Shown: in pieces, positions 29,075 through 42,815 of the stretch
How positions within the stretch are numbered: the first letter of the stretch is position 1
Layout: each line of letters opens with the position of its first letter
The notes under the pieces: model-generated
The model's input: the letters and a program-made list of their open reading frames with translations, nothing else
Database searches by the model: none
Told to the model about the DNA's origin: nothing
Translations under genes and position numbers: made by a program
NCBI RefSeq assembly: GCF_006345805.1
Contig: NC_042997.1
Location: 161,634,001 to 161,698,000 of the forward strand
Reading direction: 5' to 3'
From: Octopus sinensis
Lineage: Eukaryota
Length of the DNA stretch: 64,000 bases

Positions 29075-29952
29075 CGTGGTCTGATCAATAAGTATCAAGA
29101 TTGTTGCCACAGTAACGAAACTAAAGCACGCAGAGTAAAGCCGCTTGAACTCTGCTGTGCATGCGCACTAAGTATTAACGTTCTAACTCACTTCCACTAC
29201 TTACAGCAGTGCTTGGAAGGAAGGTGTGTAGCGTGTGATCGTCGCATTGACCATGACAGAGGAAGTTGAGCAGAGAAGCTGCATCAAATTTTGCCAAAAG
29301 CTTGGCGATACTTGCTCAGTGGTGTACGCAAACTTTTCAAAAAGTTTTCATCATTCTCGACACAATCAAAGAGATCTTGTGCAACTGAAACACGAGTGTC
29401 ATTATGGTTAGCAGAAAAGAAGGTTTTGCACAAACTTGGCAGACCAGCGTCTCATACCTAAATCTTCAGTGATAATGGACTGAATTGAACCTAACTAATC
29501 TGCACATCATCTGATAGCTCACGGATGGTGATTCAACTATTTCCCATAACAGTCGCACGCACATGTGCGATGTTTTTTCAGTTCTGCTGGTTGAGGGTCT
29601 CCCAGAACGACCGTCAATACCGACATTTTTCGGCCATCTTGGAAACGTCTGAACCACTCGCACACTTCTGTGCAGCGCGTACACTCCTCACCATACACTT
29701 TTTGCAATTTTGCGTAGTCCTCTGAGCAGGTATCGCCATGACAACTTTCTCTATCATGGTCAATGCAACGATCACACGCTACACACCTTCCTTCCAAGCA
29801 CCACTGTAAGCAACGATAGTGAGACAGAACGTTAAAACTTAGTGCGCATGCACAGCAGAGTTCAAAGTTAATCTGTGCAAAGCAGCTTTACTCTCCATGT
29901 TTTAGTTTCGTTAGTATGTGCAACAGTCCGGATAATTATTGATCAGACCTAG
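29075..29952. mobile_element. Mariner-derived foldback MITE with ~250 bp inverted arms
   Basis: TA flanks, termini cgtggtctgatcaataa / ttattgatcagacctag; transposase HTH remnant (KLQKVYGE...EWFRRFQDGR...GRSGRPST) inside. Confidence 0.88.
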
Positions 29953-30572
29953 TATTCAACAATTAAGTTTACAAGTTAAGCGCATAGATATTAGCATATA
30001 ATACACAACACATCGATATTTAAGCAGTAGTTTTCTTCTGTATTCTATATCATAATTTATATCACCTGTATTAAAAGTTTTTTAAGCATTCTACTTTTAA
30101 GTCGATGGGTTGAATGTTATAACTTGTAAATCATCAACTTACACATAGTTACAGATAACGTCAATATTTAGGAAATAGTTATACATAGACGATTCCATAT
30201 AGAATATCATCTGGAATAAATTCTGTACAATAACATAACCCGATGAAAGCCTAGTAATGGCTACAAAAAGATAAGTAATAGTTAATAAACTAGCTTACTG
30301 TTAATACTGTAAACTAAAAGAAAAAAAAAAGAAAAAATGTTAATATTCCTGAATGTTCCTACCGAAATACATTTGATAGGCTAACAAGTGTATCAAAGCA
30401 ATCTTCTTATCAGTGAAAGTCTATTACAATGAGAACGCGATACATTCATAGCTGACATAGTTGACAAGAAATATTGTTGCCACATTGAGGCCAAAGCAAA
30501 CGAATTTGTGTGGTTAACAATATAACGACATGAGACAAATACATTGGCGCCTTAAAGAAATGACACACTCAC

Positions 30573-30602
30573 CAGTGTCAGGCTCTCCTACAGCAGGGAT
30601 TT
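30573..30602 (-). CDS. OBSCN: Linker micro-exon EIPAVGEPDT
   Basis: 30 nt, ccctgcag acceptor, gtgagt donor. Confidence 0.8.
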
Positions 30603-31124
30603 CTGCAGGGTATAAATAAATATGAATCACCTTTACATATATAATATAGAAATTATTAATCTGGCACAACTTAAAAGTTTTCATCATAAATTCTTACTTA
30701 GCGATATATTACTTGAAATTATTACAGCAGAGGTTCGAACCTCAACTGCTGCCCCATTAATGGCCTCCACAGTTTCATGTGATTGGTTTATAAACTGACC
30801 AATCAGCATGAAGCTGTGACGTGATATGACTTGCTTGGATGTTCTAGAATTTACCCATTTGTCGCTCTATACAAAACGATTGGCGCCTAATTCACCAGGT
30901 AGAATGTTTACGGCAGCCTCCTGATTCACACGCCTCACCTCTTGCCAAGCAGAAAACCTTCGTAAATAGCCAACATCAAGTGTATTATGTCCAGCAATAA
31001 ATATTAAAGTTAAAGGTCATGAGTCTGCTTTACACCCACACAAAGAAAAGTCCAGCAATGATACGATCTCCGCGAAACAAACAGCCAAATCACGACTGTA
31101 TCATAATGATTTGCTAATAATAAC

Positions 31125-31320
31125 AATAATACTTTCTACCAAAGCACATGGCTTGAAATTTTCGGAGACTGGGTTAGTCGATTATATCCTCTTCAGTGCT
31201 TGATTGGTATTCATTTCATAAATACCAGGAGAATGAAAAACAAATTTGAACTCAGACGGACGAAATGTCGCTAAGTATTTCGTTCGGCGTGCTAACGATT
31301 TTGCCAGCTCGCCATCTTGC
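31125..31320 (-). mobile_element. SINE fragment
   Basis: Head AAGATGGCGAGCTGGCAAAATCGTTAG; related to the SINE fragment at 56147-56287; interrupts a repeat unit. Confidence 0.6.
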
Positions 31321-31396
31321 AAATGATAATAAATGCCAATAAAAATTCAATATATTTCCCGAAAAACAACTAATTTTAATATACAAACAAGCATAC

Positions 31397-31663
31397 CTTC
31401 CACAGATAATGTGGCTGATGTAGACACATCACCTGCCACACAGGAGTATTCTCCTGTATCTTCCAAAGTAACATTCTCAATAATCAGTTGATGAACCTTC
31501 ATATCGGCAACAATCTTCAAGTGACTATCACTTTTGATTTCTTTGCCATTCTTTTTCCAAATGACTTTTGTACTTTCCTTTGACAATTCACATAGTAAAA
31601 CAGCCTTTTCTTTCTCTTTCACTTTAGTATTTACTAATTTCTTAGTAAATTCAGGTTTTATTT
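31397..31663 (-). CDS. OBSCN: Array Ig exon
   Basis: 267 nt, AG/GT intact, open frame. Confidence 0.9.
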
Positions 31664-31745
31664 CTAGGGGAAAACGAGCAACAATTATCATGCATCATGT
31701 GATTAAGTGGGAGAGAGAGAAACACAGAAAAAAACACAAATACAT

Positions 31746-31802
<57 letters not shown>

Positions 31803-32441
31803 ATATGTATGTATGTATATAGCTACATATTCTAGAACTTGGTTTAGAAGTCAAACACATGAATACTAGTCATACACTAACGTCGATATTCATTTGTATT
31901 TTATGTTATATTTCATATAATCTTTAGTAAGTGTTTCCAAATATTCCACAGTTAACTCGATGCAGGATACCATAGGTTTTGAAAGTGCTACACCCACAGA
32001 AACAGATAGCGTTAATATTTAGAAAATAGCAATATATGGATGTGTTTAAATAGAATATCGATTAAAATAGATTTTCTACAATAAATAACCTTATGTATAA
32101 TTAACATGGACATATTTGCCAATGTAACCTGGAACAAACCTAGTAATGGCTACCAAAAGATATATGATCTTCAATCAAATGTTCGAAATATTGTAAAAGA
32201 AAAACAACAAAAGTGAAATAAAACTTTAAAGGTATGAAACAAATTAAATTTTAAAAGCTAGCAAATGTGTTCAAAGGAATGCTCTTAAAAGCGAAAATCT
32301 ATCACGATTTGTAACGCGATGCATTCATAGTTGACAAGCAATATTGCTGTAATATTGAAATGTAAGCAAACAAATTGGCATGGTTTGTAATATGACAACA
32401 CCAGACAAATACATTGGCGCCATAAAAATTGACACACTCAC

Positions 32442-32471
32442 CAATGTCAGGCTCACCTAGAGCAGGCAGTT
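32442..32471 (-). CDS. OBSCN: Linker micro-exon ELPALGEPDI
   Basis: 30 nt, cag acceptor, gtgagt donor. Confidence 0.78.
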
Positions 32472-32701
32472 CTGTAGGGTACAAATATATTTAAATTACC
32501 TTCACATGTATGATAAGTAGATAAGTAATACATTGTCAATCTAGCACAAATAACTAGTTTTATTTTCTCAAGAATTTCTCTTAACTTGTGGAATATTGCT
32601 GAAAATTATTCCATTGGATAGTAAAAGGTCCCAACGGATATGACAAAATATTTAAAACATTTCTCTGCAAAGAACTAATTCGAATATGCAAACAAGCGTA
32701 C

Positions 32702-32968
32702 CTTCCACAGATAATGTGGCTGATGTAGACACATCACCTGCCACGCAAGAATATTCTCCTATATCTTGCAAAGTAACATTTTCAATAATCAGTTGGTGAA
32801 CCTTCTTATCGACAACAATCTTCAAGTGATTATCACTTTTGATTTCTTTGCCATTCTTTTTCCATGTGACTTTTGTTTTTTCCTTCGACAATTCACATAG
32901 TAAAACAGCCTTTTCTTTTTCTTTCACGTTAACATTTGCTAATTTCTTTGTGAATTTAGGTTTTATTT
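32702..32968 (-). CDS. OBSCN: Array Ig exon
   Basis: 267 nt, AG/GT intact, open frame. Confidence 0.9.
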
Positions 32969-33816
32969 CTAAGGAAAGACGAGCAACAATTACCAAACAT
33001 CACATGGTCACAAGAGAGATAAAGACAGAGATAAAGATTGTGAGAAAATGACAGAGCGAGAGAGAGAGAGAGAAAGAGAGAGAGAGAAAGAGAGAGGAGC
33101 AAAACAGATTAATATAGTATAAAAAGAACATGCAAAGGATTTGGAACCAAACTTTAGCGACATATTCGACAAGTGAAATACAAATATTGGTATAACACAC
33201 AACAATATTCAAGCAGGAACTATCTTCTATTTTTTTCCATTATATTTCGTATCAAGTATATTAAAAAATTCTAAACATCCTAATATTAACTCGATGCATG
33301 ATACTAATGTTATGAGTTACACACATTGTTAACGGTAGCTTTAATGTTTAGGAAATATTCTCAAAGGTTAATCTTGTAAAATAAATACAGTAAAATAAGT
33401 TGCTGTACAACTAACATTTTGTAAAGAAACTAAACTTTTCGATATTAACTACAAATAACAGACGCACATGGAACTTCAAGAAAATCTTGCAATGACTATA
33501 AACAGATATATATTATATTATTAAGTAACTTATGGTAAATATTAACATCAGACAGCTGTGTTACTATGTCTTCAATATGTATGCTGAATTAAACTTGATA
33601 AAGTAAGAAGTCTATCGCAACATTACTTTTATCTATGAGACGCAATCAGAGATGGTAGCGTAATAAATTTATAGTTGACAATATATATTAGTCATATAGT
33701 GAACAACGTATAGTCGAATAGTTAATAATATATAATCATATAGATATTATTTCGTAAACAAGTCTAAATATTTGGCTGCATGCGCATATACTTTCAATGC
33801 ATTATAGGAAAATGAA

Positions 33817-34628
33817 CGGCGGACTTTCAGAATAACTGTCATGAATCAAATTGGATTTCTTGTTATTTTTTTCTGGATTTTATAAATATTTTATAGTATC
33901 TTATACGACAAAGCAATTGTAAATCGCTTTTGCGAAAGTCATTCAAAATCCACGTTTGTCAAATCTCTCAGCCATCTTCCCCACTACCTCCGTTAATCGT
34001 GTCTGCGCTATCGCTGCCGCAATTAAAATGAATTTTTTTGCGTGATCGTTATTTTCCGTCGTTATAGTATTAGATATTCGAAATACTTGTGATTCACATT
34101 TAAAAAATTCTTAATTTCTCCTTTCTCCTCCTCGTACCTTTCATGATTAAAATGAATTTATTTTGTTGTTTTTTTTTCTTTACACGTGTGCCATTTTATA
34201 AAGAACAAATACCCGTTTTCGATACGGCACAAAACGTAAAGAAACCATATTTAATACGTGTATATTTCTTCACCTCCAAGTTACTTCAGTTTTCGCGTTT
34301 TTGCCACACTAAAAACTTATTTTAATTGCAAAAGAGGAGGAGATGTGGGGGTTAAGATTATTCTTTTTGTCGAAAAGAGAATGGTAAGTTCCTCAAAATG
34401 TGGAATACAATAAAATGATAAAATATAACAGAAATAAAATAATCATTTTAATCGTGACTGCTATTGTGAAAGCACGATTTACAAAACAGATTTTTAAAAT
34501 AAATTCTCTTTTAGAAAAATTATAAATATTTCTTTTGCAATCTGGGATACTATGGAATGTCGGAAATCCCAAAATAACACATAAAAAAAATTGATGCTTT
34601 TCTTGACAGTTATTCGGAAAGTAGGCCC
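33817..34628. mobile_element. Non-autonomous TIR element (MITE-like)
   Basis: Ends ggcggactttcagaataactgtca / tgacagttattcggaaagtaggccc; absent from sister units; candidate TSD aatgaac/aaggaac. Confidence 0.7.
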
Positions 34629-35103
34629 AAGGAACATTTTGATAACAACAAACAGATATTTAATTGCCTAGCTTATTGTCAATATTGAAATCGAACGGAA
34701 AACGACATAATGGTTCCTACGTCGAATGACAAGTGCCTTAAATTAATGCTCTTATCAGCAAAAGCCTATCAAAAGTCATAGCACAGTATATTCCATAGCC
34801 GACAAACAAATCTATTGTCACATGAAGACTAAGCAAACGAATTCGTGGCTTAACAAAACAACAGCAACTCCTACAGTAGGCATTCCTGCAGAGCTTAAAT
34901 ACATCTGAACCATCTCTATAACATAATGATATAAAAAGTGTCAATCTAATATGTGCAACAAATTTCACTCCTTCAAATAGTCTCTAACTTAGGAAATTTT
35001 GGCTGAAAATTTTATCTCTAATTAGAAACAGATACAAACACGAAAAAATTCAAAAAATTTCTTTGCAATAAACTGAGTGCTTCTAATAAATAAACAAGCG
35101 TAC

Positions 35104-35370
35104 CTTCCACAGACAATGTGGCTGATGTAGACACATCACCTGCCACACAAGAATATTCTCCCATATCTTCCAAAGTAACATTTTCAATAATTAATTGATG
35201 AACCTTCATATCGGCAACAATCTTCAAGTGATTATCACTTTTGATTTCTTTGCCATTCTTTTTCCAAATGACTTTGATGTTTTCCTTTGACAATTCACAT
35301 ATTAAAACAGCCTTTTCTTGTTCTTTCATTTTAATATTTGTTAGTTTCTTTGTAAATTCAGGTTTTAATT
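35104..35370 (-). CDS. OBSCN: Array Ig exon
   Basis: 267 nt, AG/GT intact, open frame. Confidence 0.9.
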
Positions 35371-35402
35371 CTAAGGGAAAAACGAGTAACAATTACTAAA
35401 CA

Positions 35403-35458
<56 letters not shown>

Positions 35459-36174
35459 AGAGAGAAAAGAAGAAGAAAAAAGAGCACAAGGAAGAGCGCA
35501 ATAAAATATATAAATAAACATATAAAGCAGAAAATAGTTGCATTTTGTATAATTAAGTTTACAGATTAAGCATGGATATTAGCATATAATACATAACACA
35601 TCGATTTTCAAGCGGCAGTTTTCTATATTCTGTATTATAATTCATATTGTCTATATTAAAAGTTTTTAAACATTTTACTGTTAATTTGATTGGTTGAATG
35701 CTATGAGCATTAAATCATCAACATACATATAGCTAGCGTTAATATTTAGGAAATAGTAAATAAACAGGCTTCCATATAGAATATGATTTGGAATAAATTC
35801 TGTACAATAACTAGCCGTAAAATCAACATAGCCATGTTCTGGAATGTAACCCGATGAAAGCCTAGTAATGGCTATAAAAAGGACGGATAATATTTAATAA
35901 AATAGCTTATTGTTAATACTGTAAAATAAAACAAAAAATGTTAATATTCTTGAATATTCATACCGAAATACATTTGATGGGCTAACAAGTGTATTAAAGT
36001 AATGTTCTTATCAGTGAAAGTCTATCATAATTGTTAACGGAATACATTCATAGCTGACATTGTTGACAAAAAATAATGTTGCCACATTGAGGCCAAAGCA
36101 AACGAATTCGTGTTGTTAACAGTATAACGATACTAGACAAACACATTGGCGTTTTGAAGAAATGACACACTCAC

Positions 36175-36204
36175 CAGTGTCAGGCTCTCCTACAACAGGG
36201 ATTT
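36175..36204 (-). CDS. OBSCN: Linker micro-exon EIPVVGEPDT
   Basis: 30 nt, cag acceptor, gtgagt donor. Confidence 0.78.
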
Positions 36205-36424
36205 CTGCAGGATATAAATAGATTTGAGTCACCTCCACATGTATAGTATAGAAATTATTAATCTGGCACAACTTAAAAGTTTTCCTCATGAATTCTTAGC
36301 TACGTTAGTGATACAATACCGGAAGTTATCATTATGATTTGTAAATGTTAATAATAATAAATGCTAATAGAATTTCCACATATTTCCAGAAAGGCAACTG
36401 TTTCTTATATACAATCAAGCGTGC

Positions 36425-36674
36425 CCTACACGTACAATGTGGCTGATGTAGACACATCGCCTGTCGTATATTCTCGTATATCTTGCAAAGTAACTTATTG
36501 AATAATGACTTAGTGACCCTTCATATAGGTAGCAATCTGCAAGTGATAATCACTTCTGATTACTATTCTTTTTCTGACATTTGTGTTTTTCTTTGACAAG
36601 TCACATATCAATATCTTTCTCATTCTCTTTCACTTTAAAACTAGTTAGTTTCTTTGTACTTTCGGGTTCTGTTT
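36425..36674 (-). pseudogene. Ig pseudo-exon
   Basis: Acceptor AG to CG, donor GT to GC, several deletions and a stop. Confidence 0.85.
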
Positions 36675-37566
36675 CGAATAGAAAAAGTGCAACAATTACC
36701 AAGTATTGCGCGGCCAAGAGAGAGAGAGCGAGAGAGGAGAGAAAAAGGAATGTGTAATACGACAAACCAAGAAGCATAAAATAGCTATAAGTTGAACAAA
36801 GGGTTTCTAAGTGAAACGCATAAATATTATCTATACAACACACCTCATAACGATATTCAAGCAACAGTTATCTTCTGTAATTTGTATTATAATTCATATT
36901 ATATACATCACACAAATACTTAAACATTCCCCGGTTTACTCGATGGAGAATGTTAAGGTTATACGTTGTGCATGTAATTAAAGATGATGTAATTATTTTG
37001 GAAATATTCACGCAGAATAAACTTTCAGAATAAATTCAATGCAATATACAACGGTACACTTAACATTTCGTGCAGAAACTAAATTATTCCATATCAATCA
37101 CATAGAACACATGCATATATTTTTTTATTTTAATTCCAAGAAAATTTTGTAATTATTATAATTCTTATGCAACACTTAATTAACTAGCTCATTTCAGATA
37201 TTAATATCAAATGACAACAAAATTCATTTTTCTTCTATGTGTATACTAAATTTCACTTACAATACCTCACCAAACAAACACATTGGCGCCATAAAGAAAT
37301 GACACATTCATCAGTGTCAGTCTGTACTACAACCGGCAGTTCATAGGGTACAAATAAATTTAAATGATCTACTGATGTATAGATAATATACATTTTGTCA
37401 ATCTAGTTTTATACCCACTGCCCACAAAAAAAAATATTATTCTTTAATCTATGGAAATATAGCTGGAAATAATCTTTCTGATTAACAACCCTACTGATGT
37501 ACATCATGAGAAAATTCAAATCATTTCCCTCCAAACAACTACTTCTAATAATACAAAGAATCATAC

Positions 37567-37833
37567 CTTCCACAGATATCGTGGCTGATGTAGACACATC
37601 ACCTGTCGCACAAGAATATTCTCCTATGTCTTGCAAAGTAACATTTTCAATTATCAATTGGTGAACCTTCATATCGGCAACAATCTTCAAGTGATTATCA
37701 CTCTGAATTTCTTTGCCATTCTTTTTCCAAATGGTTTTTATGTTTTCCTTTGACAATTCACATATTAAAACAGCCTTTTCTTTTTCTTTCATTTTAATAT
37801 TTGTTAATTTCTTTGTGAATTCAGGTTTGATTT
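37567..37833 (-). CDS. OBSCN: Array Ig exon
   Basis: 267 nt, AG/GT intact, open frame. Confidence 0.9.
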
Positions 37834-38549
37834 CTACAGAAAAGCGATCAACAAATACCGGACACCACATAGGCAGGAGAAAAAGAAAGAGTGAGAAAGA
37901 GAATGACACAAAGTGAGAGCAGAGAGAGCAACATGTTATACAAACAATGATGAATGGATTTCAAAGCATAAAGGAGCTACATATATTACAAATAAGGTTA
38001 ATAAGTCAAGCTCATATGCACTAAAATACAAAACACTACACAACGATATTGAAGCAGCATTATTCTTCTAAAATTATATTACAGTTCATATCATCATCTC
38101 GTAAATTGCAAAAAAGGTGATATATACAATTATTGATAGCTTGAAACAATAATACTTGGATATCCTGATAAAAAAATAGCATTTAGAATACACACTATGT
38201 AATATATGACCATTCATTTAACATTTCTGAAGCCAAATTTTAAGCTAGATTATTTGATATAAAGTAAAAATTACACGTGAAATTATTGTTCATTTTAATT
38301 TGACAAAGACTTTGTAATATTTAAGTTTTAAAATCAGACGAAAACAATGTAACCGTTTCTTCAATGTATAACATTTGATAGGTTAAATTTATCAAAGAAA
38401 TATTCTATTCAGTAAAATCCTATCAGAAATCATTCATATTGGAAAATCGATATTGTTGACACATTGAAGCCAAAGCAAACATCTTTGCATTGTTAACAAT
38501 ATAACGACACTAGGCAAACACACTAGCGCCATATAATGATGACACTCAC

Positions 38550-38579
38550 CAGTGTCAGGCTCTCCCACAACAGGAACTT
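38550..38579 (-). CDS. OBSCN: Linker micro-exon EVPVVGEPDT
   Basis: 30 nt, cag acceptor, gtgagt donor. Confidence 0.78.
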
Positions 38580-38762
38580 CTGCAGGGTATAAATAAATTT
38601 GAGTCACCATCACATGTACACATAAGAAATAATCAATCTAGCAAATTAACATGTTCCATTCTCAACAAGAATTACAGAAATCACCTCTCTGATTAGTAAC
38701 TATCACAAGTGTAAATTATTTCCTAAACAAAAGATTTATTTCTAATATACAAACAAGCATAC

Positions 38763-39029
38763 CTTCTACAGACAATGTGGCTGATGTAGACACATCACCT
38801 GCCACACAAGAATATTCTCCTATATCTTCCAAAGTAACATTTTCAATAATTAGTTGGTGAACCTTCTTATCGGCAACAATCTTCAAGTGATTATCGCTTT
38901 TGATTTCTTTGCCGTTCTTTTTCCATGTAACTTTTGTGTTTTCTTTTGATATTTCACACAGAAAGACAACTTTTTCCTTTTCTTTCACGTTAATATTTGT
39001 TAATTTCTTTGTAAATTCAGGTTTTATTT
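38763..39029 (-). CDS. OBSCN: Array Ig exon
   Basis: 267 nt, AG/GT intact, open frame. Confidence 0.9.
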
Positions 39030-40007
39030 CTAAGTAAAAACGAGCGACAGTTACAAAACATGACAAGGTCAGGTGAAAGAAAAAGAAATAAAGAAAGAAA
39101 AAGACTGAGAGAGAAACATAACATATAAAATACATGCAAGTATTTCGAGCGAAGCATAAAGTAGCTACATATTTCACAAATAAATTTACAAGTCAAACAA
39201 ATAAATATTTGAAATACATCACATTACATAACAAATATTCAAACGATAATTATCTTTTATATTCGTATTTAAATTCTATGGTTAACTCGATGTAGGATAC
39301 AATTTCTTGTAAAGTGATATGCACATAGTCATGGTTATCTTTAATATTTAGAAGATATCAACATATGGCTGTTTTCATATAGAATATAATTTACAAAGAT
39401 TTTATAGGTTATATTACAGTACGCTTAACATTTCATAAACAAATTTAAGTATTCGATATTCACAAAATATATACATTCATACTTGGCTACAGACAGGTAT
39501 GAAACATCTAATTACCTAGTTTATTGTCAATATTTTAAAATGAAAATCAAAGATATTGATCCTTTACTATGCATGTCGAGTTATATCGAAAAGCTAGCAA
39601 GTGTATCGAAGCAATGAATACACTTATCAGTGAAAACTTATCCGAAATTCTAGTGCATTATTTTCAAAGTTGACAAGATATATTGGTGTTACATTGACAC
39701 CAAATCTAAGAAATTCAAATGCATAACATTAAAGCGACACCAGACATGCACACTAGCGTCAGGCTCCTTTACAACAGGTAGTTTTGTAGATTGTAAAGAA
39801 ATTTTAATTGTCTTTAAATATATAAATGATAGAGAGACTATCAATCTAGCACAGTTTACAAGTTTCTCTTAAAAAATCTCTTCTGTAAATTATGGAGATA
39901 TTGCTGGAAATTATCATTATGAAAATTATAAGCAAATAACCTACATTGCAAAACATGTAAAAATATTTCCCCGCAAATAACTGCTTCTAATATACAAACA
40001 AGTGTAT

Positions 40008-40258
40008 CTTCCACAGATATTGTGGCTGATGTAGACACATCACCTGCCACACAAAAATATTTTACTGTATCTTTCAAAGTAACATTTTCAATAATCAATT
40101 GACAACAATTTTCAAGTGACTGTCACTTTGAATATCTTTGCCATTCTTTTTCCAAGTGACTTTTGTGTTTTGCTTTGACAATTCACATAATAAAACAACT
40201 ATTTCTTTTTCTTTCACTCGCATATTTGTTAATTTCTTTGTGAATTCAGGTTTTAATT
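40008..40258 (-). pseudogene. Ig pseudo-exon
   Basis: 16-nt deletion (251 nt), acceptor AG to TG, donor GT to AT. Confidence 0.88.
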
Positions 40259-41001
40259 CAAAGGAGAAACAAGCAACAATTACCAAACACCAACTGGACT
40301 GGTGATGGCGCGAGAAAGAGAGAGAAATGGAGTGAAAATCATAATATAAAATGAACATATGATGGATTTCGAAGCATATCGAAACATGTTATAATTAGGG
40401 TCAAAATTCAAGCATATTAACATTAGTGATACAGTGCAGTATAGACTGATATTAATGTAGAAATTATTTTCTACATTTTCTATTATAATTCATATATATG
40501 CTATAAAGTATGAAGCACGCAGATATGGACAGCTTTAATATTTAAGAAATATTAGAAAACGAATGTTTTCATAATCAATATCATTTAGAATGTATTTTAT
40601 AAAATATATAAGAGTACAGTTGACATTTCTCAATCTAATATTTTATATTTGATATTAACTAAATACACGCATACACCTGTATTTCATTGTAATATGATGG
40701 AAGCGTAGTAATGGCTACAAAAAGATGCTATATGTATTTATCTAGTCTAATTTCTAAATTGTAACACGAAAACAATTTACATTTTGTACAAATAGTTTAC
40801 CGACTTACATTTGATTGACTAACAACTGTGTCAAAAAAATGTTCTCCTTGTGAAAGTCGATCACAAATGATAATACAATACATTCATAAATGACAAAAAA
40901 TATTGTTGCCACATTGAGGCGAAAGCAAACGAATTCGTATGATTAACAATATAACGACACTAGACAATCACATTGGCGCCTTAAAGAAATGACACACTCA
41001 C

Positions 41002-41031
41002 CAGTGTCAGGCTCTCCTACAGCAGGGATTT
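41002..41031 (-). CDS. OBSCN: Linker micro-exon EIPAVGEPDT
   Basis: 30 nt, cag acceptor, gtgagt donor; identical to 30573-30602. Confidence 0.75.
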
Positions 41032-41246
41032 CTGCAGGGTATAAATAGATTTGAGTCATTTTTACATGTACAATATAGAATTCGTCAATCTAGCACAACT
41101 TACAAGATTTTTCTCCTTAATTTCTTACACATATTATCGATATATTGCTGGAAATATAAGTTGTAAATGCTGATAAGTCGCATGACAAAAAGATTCAACA
41201 TATTTCCTCGGAGTGAACTACCTACTTTTAATATACAAACAAGTGT

Positions 41247-41484
41247 CGCTGATGTTGAAACATCACCAACCACACAAGAAAATTCTCATTGCAAGGTAAC
41301 AGTTTGAATAATCAGTTGGTGAACCTTCATATCGGCTACAAACTACAAGTGACTCTCGGGATTTCTTTGCCATTCTTTTCCCATGTAACTTTTATACTTT
41401 CCTTTTGCAATATACATAGAAAAATATTTTCTTTCTCTTTCACTTTAATATTTGTTAATGTCTTTGTAATTTCAGGCTTTATTT
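41247..41484 (-). pseudogene. Ig pseudo-exon
   Basis: Donor end deleted, acceptor AG to GG, internal deletions. Confidence 0.85.
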
Positions 41485-42473
41485 CCAAAGGAAAATAAGT
41501 AACAATTACCAAGATTCACGTGGTCAAAAGAGTGAAAGAGAGAAAGTGAGTGAGTAGGGAAGAGAAAGAGAGAGAAGGCGAAACAACGTAGTGGAAATAA
41601 AAATTATATAGAATCGATTTCGAAACAAATTACACGAGCGTGTAGACATCTGTAATGCAACACACTATACAACGATAATCAAGCATCAAATATCTTACAA
41701 AACTGGAAACTTAAAAACATTCTACTGTAAACTCGATGCAGGATGGTATTTGTTGTAAAGAGGTATACACAGTTACGGGAAGCTTTAATATTTAGGAAAT
41801 AGCAACGCAACTACGTCTTCATTTAGCAACACATCCATGTCCTCATTTAGAATAGGATTTAGAAGAGATTTAAACAATATATTGCAGTAAAGTTAACAAC
41901 TGAAGATTTCGATATTACATTGAATACACCTATACTCATATATTTTGATGTTACCTGAAAGAAAATCTAACGGCATCACGAAACTGAATTGTAATATTTA
42001 AATACCTATCATAGTTTAAATATCAAAATGAAAGTAAAATGTTTGTTTCATCAATATGTATACGCGCCAATTCTTGATAGCCTGGTAAATGGTTTTTTTT
42101 ATCGTTAATTTTAAATATATAAATAGAAATCCAGTACAGTATTAATTTAGAAACAATGTCATTGCCACATGGAAACAACACCATACTAAAGAATCTAGAC
42201 ATACAACTTTTCGGCATTCAGCAATGACACATACACCAGTGTCCGGCTCGCCTACAACCGTGATTCTGCATAATATTAATAAAAAATCACTCATCTTCAT
42301 ATGCATGAATAATGTAAAAAGTTTGAAGCTAGCACTGTTTACAAGTTTCTCTCAAACTTTTCGTCTCTATATTACCGACATATTACGAGTAAATAAAAAC
42401 TAATAATAGATATGACAAGTATTTAAAAAAGATAGCCCTTCAAGGGTTATTTCTACTATACAAACAAGAATAC

Positions 42474-42744
42474 CTTTTACAGACAATGTAGCTGATGCGG
42501 AAACATTACCTGCCACACAAGAGTATTTTCCTATATCTTGCAGAGTGACATTTTCTATATCAGTTGGTAAACTTTTATATCGGCCACAAACTTCAAGTGA
42601 CTATCACTTTAGATTGTTTTTTGTTTTTGCTATTTTTTCCCCATGAAACTCTTGTTCTTTCCTTCGACAATTCACACTACAAAACCTTTTGCTTTCCTTT
42701 CACTTTTATATTAATTAGTTTCTTAGTAAATTCAGGTTTTATTT
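42474..42744 (-). pseudogene. Ig pseudo-exon
   Basis: 271 nt (frameshift), acceptor AG to CG. Confidence 0.85.
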
Positions 42745-42779
42745 CGAAGAAAAAACGAGCAACAATTTCCAAATATCAT

Positions 42780-42815
<36 letters not shown>

